Source of the DNA: Candidatus Poribacteria bacterium
GTDB taxonomy: Bacteria; Poribacteria; WGA-4E; WGA-3G
Length of the DNA: 64,000 nt
NCBI GenBank assembly: GCA_965198235.1
Contig: OZ240248.1
Span: 1,344,001-1,408,000 of the forward strand
Reading direction: 5' to 3'
Part shown: piece after piece, positions 50,857 to 61,577 of the stretch
Layout of the letters: each line of letters starts with the position of its first letter
Numbering within the stretch: the stretch's first letter is position 1
Program-made: the position numbers and the translations under genes
Notes under the pieces: model-generated
The model's input: the letters and a program-made list of their open reading frames with translations, nothing else
Databases searched by the model: none
Told to the model about the DNA's origin: nothing

Positions 50857-51984
50857 ATGATTAAAAAATGGCTTTTTACACCCGGTCCCACGCCGATTCC
50901 GCCTGAAGCGTTGTTGGCGATGGCACAACCGATTGATTACCACCGCAGCGATGCCACTGCAACGCTCATTAAAGACGTTCTTGAAAAACTCAAACACGTT
51001 TTCCAAACCGAGAATGATGTCCTCTTTCTAACATCATCTGGAACCGGTGCTATGGAAGGCGCAGTCGCCAATCTTTTATCTCGTGGCGACAAAGTCATTG
51101 TCATCCGAAGCGGTAAATTCGGGGAGCGGTGGAGCGACATCTGCACCGCTTACAGCATTGAAGTGATCCCGATTGACGTGACATGGGGGGATTCTGTTGA
51201 ACCACAGACAGTTGAGGCACTCTTGACGGAACACCCCGATGTGAAAGCCGTCTTTGCAACGCTCTGTGAGACATCGACGGGGGCTTTGCACGATATTGAG
51301 ACGTTGGCAGGTCTAACGCGAGTTCGTCCGACACTCTTGCTTGTTGATGCTGTCAGCGCGCTCGCTGCCGATGATTTACAGATGGATAATTGGGGGGTGG
51401 ACGTTGTTGTTTCCTGCTCCCAAAAAGGCTTAATGACACCGCCCGGTCTGGCGTTCGCTGCGCTCAATGAACGCGCATGGAACGCTGTTGCGTGTTCTGA
51501 CCTCCCAAAATACTATCTCGACTTCCGAAAAGCACATCAAAGCGGCTTAGAGGGTTCTGTACCCTACACACCGGCGGTAACGCTGCTGACGGCACTTCAA
51601 TGTGCCTTGAATCGCATCTGTACAGAAGGTATCCGCAATACCATCGCCCGTCACAGTCGCTTGGCAGTCGCGACCCGGAGTGCGGTTAAAGCACTGGGTC
51701 TCTCCCTCTTTGCAGCGTCTCCAGCGAATACTTTGACCGCTATCCACCTGCCAGCGGAAATTGATGGACAGGCGTTTATCAGTCTGATGCGCGACACATA
51801 CGGTATCACCTATGCCGGCGGTCAGAGTCAGTTAAGCGGAAAAATCGTCCGGATCGCACATCTCGGCTGGATGAATGAAAACGATGCTATCGTCGCCATT
51901 TCTGCCTTGGAGCGAGGTCTCTGCTCCATCGGATATGACGTTCCACTGGGTGCTGGCGTTACCGCTGCACAGGAAGTTTTTTAG
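50857..51984 (+). CDS. Class V PLP aminotransferase (serine-pyruvate/alanine-glyoxylate family)
   Basis: FTPGPTP, SGTGAMEG, ETSTG, VDAVS, SQKGLMTPPGL, RIAHLG. Confidence 0.92.
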   Translation: MIKKWLFTPGPTPIPPEALLAMAQPIDYHRSDATATLIKDVLEKLKHVFQTENDVLFLTSSGTGAMEGAVANLLSRGDKVIVIRSGKFGERWSDICTAYSIEVIPIDVTWGDSVEPQTVEALLTEHPDVKAVFATLCETSTGALHDIETLAGLTRVRPTLLLVDAVSALAADDLQMDNWGVDVVVSCSQKGLMTPPGLAFAALNERAWNAVACSDLPKYYLDFRKAHQSGLEGSVPYTPAVTLLTALQCALNRICTEGIRNTIARHSRLAVATRSAVKALGLSLFAASPANTLTAIHLPAEIDGQAFISLMRDTYGITYAGGQSQLSGKIVRIAHLGWMNENDAIVAISALERGLCSIGYDVPLGAGVTAAQEVF

Positions 51985-52232
51985 GAGTCGTCAGCGGTCA
52001 GTCGTCGGTTTTAACTATCAACTCGCCTCTGTTATAAATATTAAAGCACGAGTTGATGCTTAAAGAAAAGGAACCTTGTGGCAGGTGAAAGCGATAGCAA
52101 CAGGCACAACGGTCTACCGAAGGTCTCCGATAGCCATTCCTACCGACTGTCATTGACCCAGAGGCAGTTGAACTTCACCAAAAACCGCTGCGTAATGGAA
52201 TGGAGCAGCGACCAGATTTAATAGTTTAAAAA

Positions 52233-53507
52233 ATGGCTGAAACCACACTTTTTGACGCTTCTTACGAACACCGAAAAAAGCCGCTATTGACCCTAACACT
52301 GGAACGTTTGCGTCCCATCTATAGCAAGTCCGAATTGAACGCTTTACGTATTGACAGTATGAGTCGGGAGGGGTTAGCACAACGCTCTGGACGCGGATTC
52401 GTCAATCGGGATATTCTTGAAACCGTGCTTGGCAATTTACTGGAATGTGTCGCACCAGGATCCCATAATGCGCCGCAGCTGCATAACCAAAGGCGTGAAC
52501 TCTCGGAAGCGATTGAAGAGGTAGCAGACCAGTTGTATGCGATGGTAGCGCAATCGTTTTTGGCTGTTACAGATGAAACACGTCTCGGTGCTGCGCTTGA
52601 AACCGCTTTTTCGCTCCTCTGGGAACTACCACGGCTCAAAAGTCGAGCCCTCTGGAATCGCTTCGCCTCTCTTAAAGATCCGGCTGTCTGGGATGCCTAC
52701 CTTCTCCACACCGGTATCTCTCGCGAAAAACTCGCCGCGCTTGATTTCCGTTCCCAAATTGACACCGCAATTCAGGAGCGAACCTTTGAACCGTACCAAG
52801 ACTTCCTTGGTAGTTTGAATCTCGCCTCTGTTTTGGATTATCAACTCCAATTGGTAGGGAGTACGTATCCCGGTTGGCGTGTACTCTTTTACCACGATGT
52901 CGCACACGCTTTAACACGAAGCGATGACCTTGAGGAAAGTCCAAACATTCACAGAATCCCAGTTCCATTATTGCCGCGCGCCATCTCGGAACTCGGTGGA
53001 CGCTACTATCAAGCCGATTTACATCCAGAAACGCAGATAGGCGATGCCAATTTCTTGGAACACCCGCATCGCGGTGTAACCACCGGACAGACGGGCATCA
53101 TCGGTTCCGGGTGCGTTATTTATCCAAGCACGCTCGGTGGATTGAGTGTCAAGGTAAAACAACGGCATCCCGTCATCGGCGATTTTGTTGAAATCGGCAC
53201 GGACACCAGCCTGCTCGGACCTGTTCAGGTTTCTGACCATTCTACTGTCGGCACGAACACTGAAATTTATGGATTTGTTGAAATTGAACAACGGTGTCGC
53301 ATCGGTTCGTCAGTCGTCATCGGGACGATCCGCGGCGCGTCAGAGCATCCCGGAAAAATCTATATCGGAGATGAGGTGCGCATCGGAGATGGCACTATCA
53401 TTGAAAATACATCGGAAATGGACCTGATTATACCCAACCGCTCGCAGATCCCGGCGCGAAGCCATATCGCAAATGATGGGTTTGGATTCCCTCGATATGT
53501 TATGTAA
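52233..53507 (+). CDS. Hexapeptide-repeat protein with serine acetyltransferase-like C-terminal half
   Basis: ADLHPETQIG..EHPHRGVTTGQT..TLGG..RHPVIGDFVEIG, then further beta-helix repeats. Confidence 0.7.
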   Translation: MAETTLFDASYEHRKKPLLTLTLERLRPIYSKSELNALRIDSMSREGLAQRSGRGFVNRDILETVLGNLLECVAPGSHNAPQLHNQRRELSEAIEEVADQLYAMVAQSFLAVTDETRLGAALETAFSLLWELPRLKSRALWNRFASLKDPAVWDAYLLHTGISREKLAALDFRSQIDTAIQERTFEPYQDFLGSLNLASVLDYQLQLVGSTYPGWRVLFYHDVAHALTRSDDLEESPNIHRIPVPLLPRAISELGGRYYQADLHPETQIGDANFLEHPHRGVTTGQTGIIGSGCVIYPSTLGGLSVKVKQRHPVIGDFVEIGTDTSLLGPVQVSDHSTVGTNTEIYGFVEIEQRCRIGSSVVIGTIRGASEHPGKIYIGDEVRIGDGTIIENTSEMDLIIPNRSQIPARSHIANDGFGFPRYVM

Positions 53508-53528
53508 GGAGTTAATATTTTACGTATA

Positions 53529-55139
53529 ATGAGAGAGATACAACGTGTGCTCATCAGCGTCTACGACAAAACTAACCTCTTAGAAATAGCCAGTGTCCTC
53601 GCACAACGTGGTGTCGAAATCCTCTCTACCGGTGGCACTGCCCGACACCTTCGAGACGCTGGAATTGACATCCTTGATGTTTCCGACTACACCGGTTTTC
53701 CTGAAATGCTGGAGGGTAGAGTCAAAACGCTACATCCGAAAATTCATGGCGGGCTCCTTGCCGAACGGGATAATCCGGAACACAACGCCCAAGCAGAGGC
53801 ACACGGCATTACCTCTATTGATATGGTGATATGCAATTTGTATCCGTTTGAGGCGACCGTCGCCAAACCCGACGTGACACTCCCCGAAGCAATTGAGAAC
53901 ATTGACATCGGCGGTCCAACGATGATCCGCGCCGGAGCGAAGAATTATCGTCACGTCGCTGTCCTCACGGAGTCAAGCCAATACCCCCAAATTATCGCAG
54001 ATCTGGATGCAAACGACGGCTGCCTTTCGGAAGAGAGGCGGTTTGAACTGGCAAAGGCAGCCTTTGCCCATACCGCGCAATATGACACCGCAATCGCCGC
54101 TTACCTCATCGACGGTAATTCCCCCCTGATAAGGGGGGGTAGGGGGGTTGATAAAGCAGAGGACTCCGAAACAGATGGATTCTCAGATAACCTGACGCTC
54201 CGTTTCAAGAAGGAGCGCACGCTCCGCTATGGCGAAAACCCGCATCAACGCGCCGCTTTCTACAAAACTGAAACCAGCCCAGGCGCATGCGCCGCATGGG
54301 CAAACCAACTCAGTGGACAGCCGCTCTCCTTTAATAACCTCCTCGATTTAGAAGCCGCCTTAGAGATCGTCAAAGACTTCGAGACCCCTGCGTGTGCCAT
54401 CATCAAACACAATAACCCGTGTGGACTGGCGACGGCGGGCAACCTGCAAGATGCCTTCGCGAACGCATTGGAGTGCGATCGGACTTCTGCCTTCGGTTCG
54501 ATTGTCGGGTTAAATCGGAAAGTGACAATCCAAACCGCAAACATCATTCGCGAAGCCGCAAATGCGGGTGTGAAAATTGACGCAATTATCGCACCGAGTT
54601 ATACCGAAAAGGCACTCCGTGCTTTGTCTCGTGTCAAACGCCGACCGATTCTTGAAGCTGGATCGCTCTCGGCAACAGAACCTGTCTTGCAGATTCGCAA
54701 TATTACCGGTGGCGTGCTGGTCCAAGATCCGGATGTCCACGACTTAAATGCGAATGATTTAGAAGTGGCAACCTCCCGCTCACCAACGGAAGCAGAAATA
54801 AAATCCCTCCTTTTCGCGTGGAAAGCATGCAAACATGTCAAATCGAACTGTATCCTGCTTGCCAACGGCACACAAAGCGTTGGTATCGGCGCAGGTCAGA
54901 TGAGCCGAGTGGATGCGGCTATTATCGCTATCCGAAAGGCGGGTGATAAGGCGAAGGGAGCAGTGTTAGCCTCAGATGCCTACTTCCCATTTCCCGACGG
55001 TGTCGAGATTGCTGGTGAGGCGGGCATCAGTGCCATTATTCAACCTGGTGGTTCCGTCAATGATGCCCCTGTGATTGAGACAGCGGACGCTTACGGCATG
55101 GCAATGGTGCTGACGAGTATACGACATTTTCGGCATTAG
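53529..55139 (+). CDS. purH: Bifunctional AICAR formyltransferase/IMP cyclohydrolase
   Basis: LISVYDK, STGGTA, GRVKTLHP, IDIGGP, LRYGENPHQ, KHNNPCG, GAGQMSRVD, RHFRH. Confidence 0.98.
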   Translation: MREIQRVLISVYDKTNLLEIASVLAQRGVEILSTGGTARHLRDAGIDILDVSDYTGFPEMLEGRVKTLHPKIHGGLLAERDNPEHNAQAEAHGITSIDMVICNLYPFEATVAKPDVTLPEAIENIDIGGPTMIRAGAKNYRHVAVLTESSQYPQIIADLDANDGCLSEERRFELAKAAFAHTAQYDTAIAAYLIDGNSPLIRGGRGVDKAEDSETDGFSDNLTLRFKKERTLRYGENPHQRAAFYKTETSPGACAAWANQLSGQPLSFNNLLDLEAALEIVKDFETPACAIIKHNNPCGLATAGNLQDAFANALECDRTSAFGSIVGLNRKVTIQTANIIREAANAGVKIDAIIAPSYTEKALRALSRVKRRPILEAGSLSATEPVLQIRNITGGVLVQDPDVHDLNANDLEVATSRSPTEAEIKSLLFAWKACKHVKSNCILLANGTQSVGIGAGQMSRVDAAIIAIRKAGDKAKGAVLASDAYFPFPDGVEIAGEAGISAIIQPGGSVNDAPVIETADAYGMAMVLTSIRHFRH

Positions 55140-55305
55140 TAAAACTGAGGCGATTAGAACTAATGCTTATATGCGTGATGGAATGGACATCCGATAGGTT
55201 TTATGGTATTCTATGCTAAGAAAAATACGACAACTCATCACGGACTTAAAAAAAACTGGTTTCATCGACAATACAACTACGAGACTAACCTAATAGGAGG
55301 AACAG

Positions 55306-55611
55306 ATGAAAACGTATGCATTTGAGGTTGTTTTAGAAAAGGACAAGTGGCCCGATGAGCCAGATGAGAAAGCCGTTTGGCGGGCGTACATCCCCACACT
55401 GGAGCATAAAGGTGCAGCAAGTTGGGGGTATACTCAAAAGGAGGCTTTAAAAAATCTGCAAGACGCGGTCGACCTCCTTTTTGAATATCTGTTGGAGCAG
55501 GGAGAAGAAATTAATTTTGAGTCGCTATTGGCAGATCAAGAAAAAAGCCTATCTGAATTCCATCCGCGAATTCAGGTCAGCGATGTACCTTTAGTTACCG
55601 TAACAGTCTAA
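55306..55611 (+). CDS. hicB: HicB-like antitoxin
   Basis: WRAYIPTL..GAASWGYTQKEALKNLQDAV.L. Confidence 0.8.
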   Translation: MKTYAFEVVLEKDKWPDEPDEKAVWRAYIPTLEHKGAASWGYTQKEALKNLQDAVDLLFEYLLEQGEEINFESLLADQEKSLSEFHPRIQVSDVPLVTVTV

Positions 55612-55612
55612 T

Positions 55613-55858
55613 ATGGCTATTGATTACAGTCGGTTGCGCTCGCTCACAGCGCGAAGGTTAATACGCGCTTTGAAACAGGACGGTTTTCATGAACTGAAAA
55701 AAAGAGCAAATCGCTTTTTTGTGCACCCAGATGGGCGGACAACAACCCTTCATCTTCACAAAACGGGGCAAACCTTTGCTCCTGGCACGCTCAAAGCTAT
55801 CATTGAACGGCAGGTAAGGTGGACCGAGGCGGACCTTAAACGCCTTGGACTGCTTTAA
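55613..55858 (+). CDS. hicA: HicA-like mRNA interferase toxin
   Basis: LIRALKQDGF..HPDGRTT..H..GTLKAII; the usual GSH motif is replaced by ANR. Confidence 0.75.
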   Translation: MAIDYSRLRSLTARRLIRALKQDGFHELKKRANRFFVHPDGRTTTLHLHKTGQTFAPGTLKAIIERQVRWTEADLKRLGLL

Positions 55859-55963
55859 CCCATGAAAACCAAACTGTTCAGCACGCAACAACGGCGCATG
55901 CGGAACTGATAGAAAACCTTTTTGGTAGAACGTTTTTATCGCGCGCAAGCAAAATTAAAAAAA

Positions 55964-57121
55964 ATGGCTACGACATTAACACTCCCACACACAATAATTA
56001 CAGGTGCAGGCGCATCCGAGAACGTCGGTGAACAGGCGAAACGACTCGGCGCAACGACCGCACTCATCGTGACCGATCCGGGTATCGCTGAAATCGGATA
56101 CGCCGACAAGATCGCCAAAAATTTGAATGATGCCGGGATAGCGTCCTCATGCTTCTCTGATGTCACACCCGACCCAACTCTACAGAACGTGCGAGACGGC
56201 TTAAAACAGCATGCTGACGAAGCCTGCGATGTAATCGTGAGCATCGGCGGCGGAAGTGCCATCGACTGCGGAAAAGGCATCGCCATGAAACTGACGAACG
56301 ACAGTGAATTCGCCGATTACATGGGTGTGGACAAGATCCCGAATCCGGGTGCACCCTTGATCGCGATACCAACGACAGGTGGGACAGGCAGTGAAGTCTC
56401 CAAAGTTACTGTCATCACCGACGATCTTCGATCTGTGAAGATGATGCTCAGTAGCCCATGCCTGTTGGCACACGTTGCACTGGTGGATCCGCTGCTATCC
56501 CTGACAACCCCACCCCACCTGACTGCAGCAGTCGGTGTTGATGCGTTGACGCACGCAATAGAGGCATATATCTCCAAACGCGCCCAACCGATAACCGATG
56601 CCCTCGCCTTGAAAGCCATCGAGATGATTTCCGGTTCGCTTCGGCAGGCGTGGGCAGACGGTGAAAACATCCCTGCCCGTACAGATATGATGATCGGTGC
56701 GTCTATCGCAGGCATGGCGTTCAGCAATTCATCTGTGGCTTTAGTTCACGGGATGTCTCGTCCAATCGGTGCGTTTTTCCACATCCATCATGGGCTATCG
56801 AATTCGGTGTTGTTGCGTGATGTGATGGAATTTAGCGTCGTCGGTGCACCTGCTCGTTTTGCCGATATTGCGTCCGCTATGGGCGAACCGATCGACGGGT
56901 TGTCCCCGATGGAGCAAGCGGACGCAGCGATTGATGCCGTGGAACGCCTTGTCACCGATATTCAGATGCCACGACTCGGTGAAATCGGTATTGACAGAGA
57001 GAAATTCGAGGATGTTATTGAACAGATGGCGAGGGACGCGATTGCGAGTGGAAGTCCTGCTAACAATCCGCGGCAAGCGACAGTTGAAGAGATTGTTGCA
57101 CTGTACCGTCAGTGTTTTTAG
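55964..57121 (+). CDS. Iron-containing alcohol dehydrogenase
   Basis: GGGSAIDCGK, PTTGGTGSE, DALTHAIE, HGMS..HHGLSN. Confidence 0.93.
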   Translation: MATTLTLPHTIITGAGASENVGEQAKRLGATTALIVTDPGIAEIGYADKIAKNLNDAGIASSCFSDVTPDPTLQNVRDGLKQHADEACDVIVSIGGGSAIDCGKGIAMKLTNDSEFADYMGVDKIPNPGAPLIAIPTTGGTGSEVSKVTVITDDLRSVKMMLSSPCLLAHVALVDPLLSLTTPPHLTAAVGVDALTHAIEAYISKRAQPITDALALKAIEMISGSLRQAWADGENIPARTDMMIGASIAGMAFSNSSVALVHGMSRPIGAFFHIHHGLSNSVLLRDVMEFSVVGAPARFADIASAMGEPIDGLSPMEQADAAIDAVERLVTDIQMPRLGEIGIDREKFEDVIEQMARDAIASGSPANNPRQATVEEIVALYRQCF

Positions 57122-57302
57122 AGAGTATTTTGTGGAAGGGGTTGTAACCTCGAGTTTGTGGAAGGGGAAACACCCAAGCAAAAAAACGGATTCCTTTATC
57201 CTGTAAATCCTGATTCAGGCAATTGACAGCTTGCTTCGCAGTGAGAACCAAAGCGCGCAGCTTGGAACAGAGTGGAAAGCGAATTTAAGAAAGAGACGTT
57301 AA

Positions 57303-57914
57303 ATGCCAAACCCATGTGCTTTAACCGCAAGGAAAATTAAAAGAACGTTTCTGTTGTGCCTATTGCTTGTGGGATGTGACACATCTATTGTGTCGATCCC
57401 CGATAGCAGGACGCCAATCTATTACGGCACAATTGATAACGTTGACAGTGTTTACGATGGCGACACGATTCGGGATGTATCTATCCAGATATATCCATTT
57501 CGTTCTCGGCTATCTAATATGGGTAAGGAACGATTGACACTATGGCCCGGCATTGAACGTCGTGTCGACGGGATTTATAGCATCACGGACATCAGGATCG
57601 CCGGAATAGACACACCTGAAAGACACCCGACACGCGCCGGACGCACCGAAGCCTCACTTCAACGGGAAAAAGAGCGTGCTGCAGCCGCAACGGACTTTCT
57701 CAAACAACTTCTACTTGAAAATAGTGAAGATGATGGTACCCTCGGATTTGTAATTCAGAATCCGCAGCCCGATAAATATGCAGGTCGCATCGTCGCCGAT
57801 GTCATTTGTGTCAAAGAGGACGTGTCTATTAATGCGGCTGAGGCGTTACTGAAAGCCGGACACGCTGTCGTCTATACCGGTGGCACGAAAACGCACGATT
57901 GGGGTGCCGAATAG
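57303..57914 (+). CDS. Thermonuclease (SNase) family lipoprotein
   Basis: Lipobox LVGC; VYDGDTI, IRIAGIDTPE, DKYAGRIVADV, LLKAGHAVVY. Confidence 0.85.
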   Translation: MPNPCALTARKIKRTFLLCLLLVGCDTSIVSIPDSRTPIYYGTIDNVDSVYDGDTIRDVSIQIYPFRSRLSNMGKERLTLWPGIERRVDGIYSITDIRIAGIDTPERHPTRAGRTEASLQREKERAAAATDFLKQLLLENSEDDGTLGFVIQNPQPDKYAGRIVADVICVKEDVSINAAEALLKAGHAVVYTGGTKTHDWGAE

Positions 57915-57923
57915 GTAAAGTAT

Positions 57924-58976
57924 ATGAAAAAGAAAAACTTAATCAACCCCAAACCCAGTCACGATTTAACTGAGAACCCGATTTTGACAGCGGAAAAATC
58001 GGCGCGAAAACTTAATAGTTTAAAATACAAAATTGTTGTCCCCGGTGATTCACCACCGCAAATCCAAGGCTCGCCGCATCTGGAACGTCTGAAACCCTAT
58101 GGCGATGTCGTTCTTTATACTGACCGACCCGAAACTGACGCAGAGAAAATCCGCCGTGCTGAAGATGCAGATATCCTCATCAATTCACGCGGAATCGTCA
58201 AATGGCCCGCGGAAATCCTACACCAGCTCCCCGAGCTCAAGTTGATTTCGCTCTGCTCCATCGGCACCGATATGATTGGACTTGAGGAAGCGAAAAAGCG
58301 CGGAATTACCGTTTGCAATCAACCCGGACGTACCGCTCCAGTTGTAGCGGAACACGGGTTTGGACTGATGTTCGCGCTCGCTAAACGGGCGGCATTCCTG
58401 ACAACGTCTATGAAGGCGGGTGGATGGCCCCGTATGGACAATATTTACCTTCAAGGAAAAACTTTGGGAATTATAGGCACTGGGCATATCGGGGCAGAGA
58501 TGGCACGCCTTGGACGAGCCATCGGGATGAATGTTATCGCGTGGACGTATCACCCTTCAGCAGCGCGCGCAGCGGAATTGGGGGTTCAGTTTGTTTCTCT
58601 GGATGAACTGCTCCGAACTGCTGATGTTGTAAGTCTGCACGTCAGGCTGACAGAGGAGAGTCACCATCTCATTGGGGAACGTGAACTCGGTTTAATGAAG
58701 CAGGACGCGCTCCTAATCAATGTCGCACGTGGTGGGATGATTGATACAGATGCGTTGGTTGCTGCTTTGAACGGCGGACACCTCGGTGGTGCTGCTATTG
58801 ATGTCTATGATCAGGAACCGCCCCCGGCGAACCACCCTCTTTTGGAATGCGAGCAGGTAATTTTGACCCCACATTGTGCGGATATGACACCTGAAGGCGT
58901 TGAGCTTCTTAATGAGGGCGCCGTGGACAATATCATCGCTTTTTTGGAAGGCACACCACAGAACGTAGTTGTTTGA
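57924..58976 (+). CDS. D-isomer-specific 2-hydroxyacid dehydrogenase (SerA-like)
   Basis: GKTLGIIGTGHIG, LINVARG, AIDVYDQEP, LTPHCA. Confidence 0.92.
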   Translation: MKKKNLINPKPSHDLTENPILTAEKSARKLNSLKYKIVVPGDSPPQIQGSPHLERLKPYGDVVLYTDRPETDAEKIRRAEDADILINSRGIVKWPAEILHQLPELKLISLCSIGTDMIGLEEAKKRGITVCNQPGRTAPVVAEHGFGLMFALAKRAAFLTTSMKAGGWPRMDNIYLQGKTLGIIGTGHIGAEMARLGRAIGMNVIAWTYHPSAARAAELGVQFVSLDELLRTADVVSLHVRLTEESHHLIGERELGLMKQDALLINVARGGMIDTDALVAALNGGHLGGAAIDVYDQEPPPANHPLLECEQVILTPHCADMTPEGVELLNEGAVDNIIAFLEGTPQNVVV

Positions 58977-59032
58977 TTTTTTTTAACGGTTAGGGCTGGA
59001 CAGGGTGTCCTGCTCCACCTCGATCTAAAATT

Positions 59033-59185
59033 ACCCAAGTTGCTACTAACAAATCTTGGACGTTTCAACAAGGTTTTTCATGCACTTTCCCACCCCATAG
59101 GGGTGATATGTCTATAGAAAACGGTGTATTAAAGCGACTGCACCCCGTAGGGGTGCTATGTCTATAAATAGGTGGCAACTTGCGT
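59033..59185. mobile_element. 153-bp MITE (IS982-like ends), second full copy
   Basis: TIRs acccaagttgctac / gtggcaacttgcgt; 7-bp direct repeat TAAAATT on both sides. Confidence 0.87.
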
Positions 59186-59267
59186 TAAAATTGGTAAAAA
59201 ACCGACTTTAAGGTATTAAGGGCTTTTTGACGAATGCCCAGAAAGAATCAGAACTCACCGGAAACCG

Positions 59268-61340
59268 ATGCGTAATGAAATGGAGCATCGACCAGATTTA
59301 ATAATTAAAAATATTGGGGTTGATACGGGTGGCACCTTCACCGACATTGTGATGCGTATTGATGGCGACCTGTTCACACACAAAGTCCTGTCTACGCCGC
59401 AGAATCCTGCCCTCGCTGTCCTACAAGGTGTGAGTGAAATCTTGCGTATGCACGACACCGATACCGAACGCTTGGACATTGTCCACGGATCGACGGTAGC
59501 AACGAACGCACTTCTTGAGCGTAGAGGTGCCCGTATCGCCCTCGTCACCACGAAAGATTTTGAGGACATTTTAGAGATAGGCAGACAGGCACGTCCGAAC
59601 CTCTATGATTTCTTCGTAGAGCGTCCCGCTCCGCTTGTCCCTGCGGATAGACGCTTCGGTATATCAGAACGGACACTGCACACAGGTGAAATCCAAACTG
59701 AGATTGAACCAAGCGATTTAGAGGCACTCGCGTCCGAACTCGCTACATTGGAACTTGATGCCATCGCGGTCTGTTTCCTCTTCGCCTACGTCAACCCACA
59801 GAACGAACAGATTGTTGCCGAGCACCTCGCCCGGCTTGATATACCCATCTCATGTTCACACGAAGTCTTACCGGAATATCGAGAGTATGCGCGTTTCAGC
59901 ACTACTGTCGCAAACGCGTATATCCGCCCTACTTTGGAACGGCATCTCTCTACGCTGACCGATTCTGAGCAGTTTCCAGCGTCTTTCCGTTTGATGCTCT
60001 CCAACGGAGGTTGTATCTCTGCAAGGAACTTTGAGTCTGCGGGTATCCGCACTGTCCTTTCCGGTCCTGCTGGTGGTGTTATGGGTGCGTATCAAGTCGC
60101 CAAGACCGCTGGCTACGACCAAATCATCACATTTGATATGGGTGGCACTTCAACGGATGTGAGCCTCTGCAATAGTGGTATCTCCCTCACGACCGAGAGC
60201 ACAATTAGTGGACTCCCGATCAAAGTTCCGTTGATTGATATTCATACCGTCGGTGCCGGGGGTGGTTCTATTGCGACTGTGGATGCAGGTGGCGCACTCC
60301 GCGTCGGACCCGAAAGTGCAGGGGCAGATCCAGGTCCCATCTGCTACGGAAACAATGGAGAAGATGTCACGGTAACCGACGCGAACCTTTACTTGGGACG
60401 TATCGCAGCGACCCAGTTTTTAGGGGGGGCGATGTCCCTTGACGCCGATAAGACCCGCACACACATTGAAGAATTTGCGAAGCGTCTTGGCGTTCCACCG
60501 TTGCAAGCAGCAGATGGCATTCTTAAGGTTGCCAACGCGGCGATGGAACGCGCCATCAAGGTCATCTCTGTGGAGCGCGGATTTGATACACGCGATTTCA
60601 CGCTCGTCTCCTTCGGTGGGGCTGGCGGTTTGCATGCCGCATTTATGGCAGAGAATCTCGGCATCAAAACAGTGCTGATCCCACCAAACGGCGGTTTGCT
60701 CTCTGCTTACGGGATGCTCTTCGCAGATGTCGTTAAAGATTATTCGCAGACCGTCTTGTGGCAATTTGAAAAGAGCAATGAAGATAACGCAAGTCTTGTT
60801 GAAGCGTTGAACGCCGGTTTTGACACACTCTTGACCCGTGCGGAGAATGAGATGAAAAGTGAGGGGTTCGTCCCGCATCAGCTTAAAATTGACCGTTCGC
60901 TTGATATGCGGTATGAGGGACAGTCTTATGAGTTGAATATTCCGTGTTTTACCGAGGAACATGCTCCTTCAACCGAGATAAAGGCTCTTGCTGAAAGATT
61001 TCACGCTGCGCATGGACTGCGGTTTGGTTATGCCCGGACCGATGCCCCAGTGGAGGTGGTGAACCTTCGACTTACAGCCACTGGAAAGACCGACAAACCT
61101 CCCATCCAATCAGTCCCATACACCGATACTGATGCCTCTGAAGCGTTTACTGTCCAAAACCGTGTTATCTTTGAAGGTGAAGCACACCCAACCGATTTCT
61201 ACCGCCGTGAGGCGTTGCGTCCCGGCAATCGAATCGCAGGTCCCGCGATTGTGACAGAATTTAGCGCGACGGCTGTAATACCCCCAAATTTCTCCGCCGT
61301 TGTTGATGCCTACCAGAATCTTATTTTGAAAAAAAAATAG
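59268..61340 (+). CDS. Hydantoinase/oxoprolinase A family protein
   Basis: IGVDTGGTFTD, HGSTVATNALLER, SGPAGG, DMGGTSTD, GAGGGS, FGGAG; start uncertain. Confidence 0.93.
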   Translation: MRNEMEHRPDLIIKNIGVDTGGTFTDIVMRIDGDLFTHKVLSTPQNPALAVLQGVSEILRMHDTDTERLDIVHGSTVATNALLERRGARIALVTTKDFEDILEIGRQARPNLYDFFVERPAPLVPADRRFGISERTLHTGEIQTEIEPSDLEALASELATLELDAIAVCFLFAYVNPQNEQIVAEHLARLDIPISCSHEVLPEYREYARFSTTVANAYIRPTLERHLSTLTDSEQFPASFRLMLSNGGCISARNFESAGIRTVLSGPAGGVMGAYQVAKTAGYDQIITFDMGGTSTDVSLCNSGISLTTESTISGLPIKVPLIDIHTVGAGGGSIATVDAGGALRVGPESAGADPGPICYGNNGEDVTVTDANLYLGRIAATQFLGGAMSLDADKTRTHIEEFAKRLGVPPLQAADGILKVANAAMERAIKVISVERGFDTRDFTLVSFGGAGGLHAAFMAENLGIKTVLIPPNGGLLSAYGMLFADVVKDYSQTVLWQFEKSNEDNASLVEALNAGFDTLLTRAENEMKSEGFVPHQLKIDRSLDMRYEGQSYELNIPCFTEEHAPSTEIKALAERFHAAHGLRFGYARTDAPVEVVNLRLTATGKTDKPPIQSVPYTDTDASEAFTVQNRVIFEGEAHPTDFYRREALRPGNRIAGPAIVTEFSATAVIPPNFSAVVDAYQNLILKKK

Positions 61341-61356
61341 GGATGGGCAAATTCCT

Positions 61357-61385
61357 TTGACACGGCGCATTCCGTTTGATATACT
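61357..61385 (+). promoter_or_regulatory. Putative sigma70 promoter
   Basis: TTGACA-17 nt-TATACT. Confidence 0.65.
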
Positions 61386-61429
61386 TTCAACACGAAATGG
61401 AGGGGTTTTTGCTTGGGCGTTTCTTTGAC

Positions 61430-61576
61430 TCTACGGGAAGGCACTCTATCTATCAAACCGCCCTAACCGAACCGCAAGGGAAAATTAAAAAGCCTGCAAC
61501 AACGGCGCAGGTGGGTCTACGGGAAGGCACTTTATCTATCAAACCGCCCTAACCGAACCGCAAGGAAAAATTAAAA
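61430..61576 (+). repeat. Direct duplication of a 61-bp leader
   Basis: tctacgggaaggcact(c/t)tatctatcaaaccgccctaaccgaaccgcaagg(g/a)aaaattaaaa at 61430 and 61516. Confidence 0.9.
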
Positions 61577-61577
61577 T

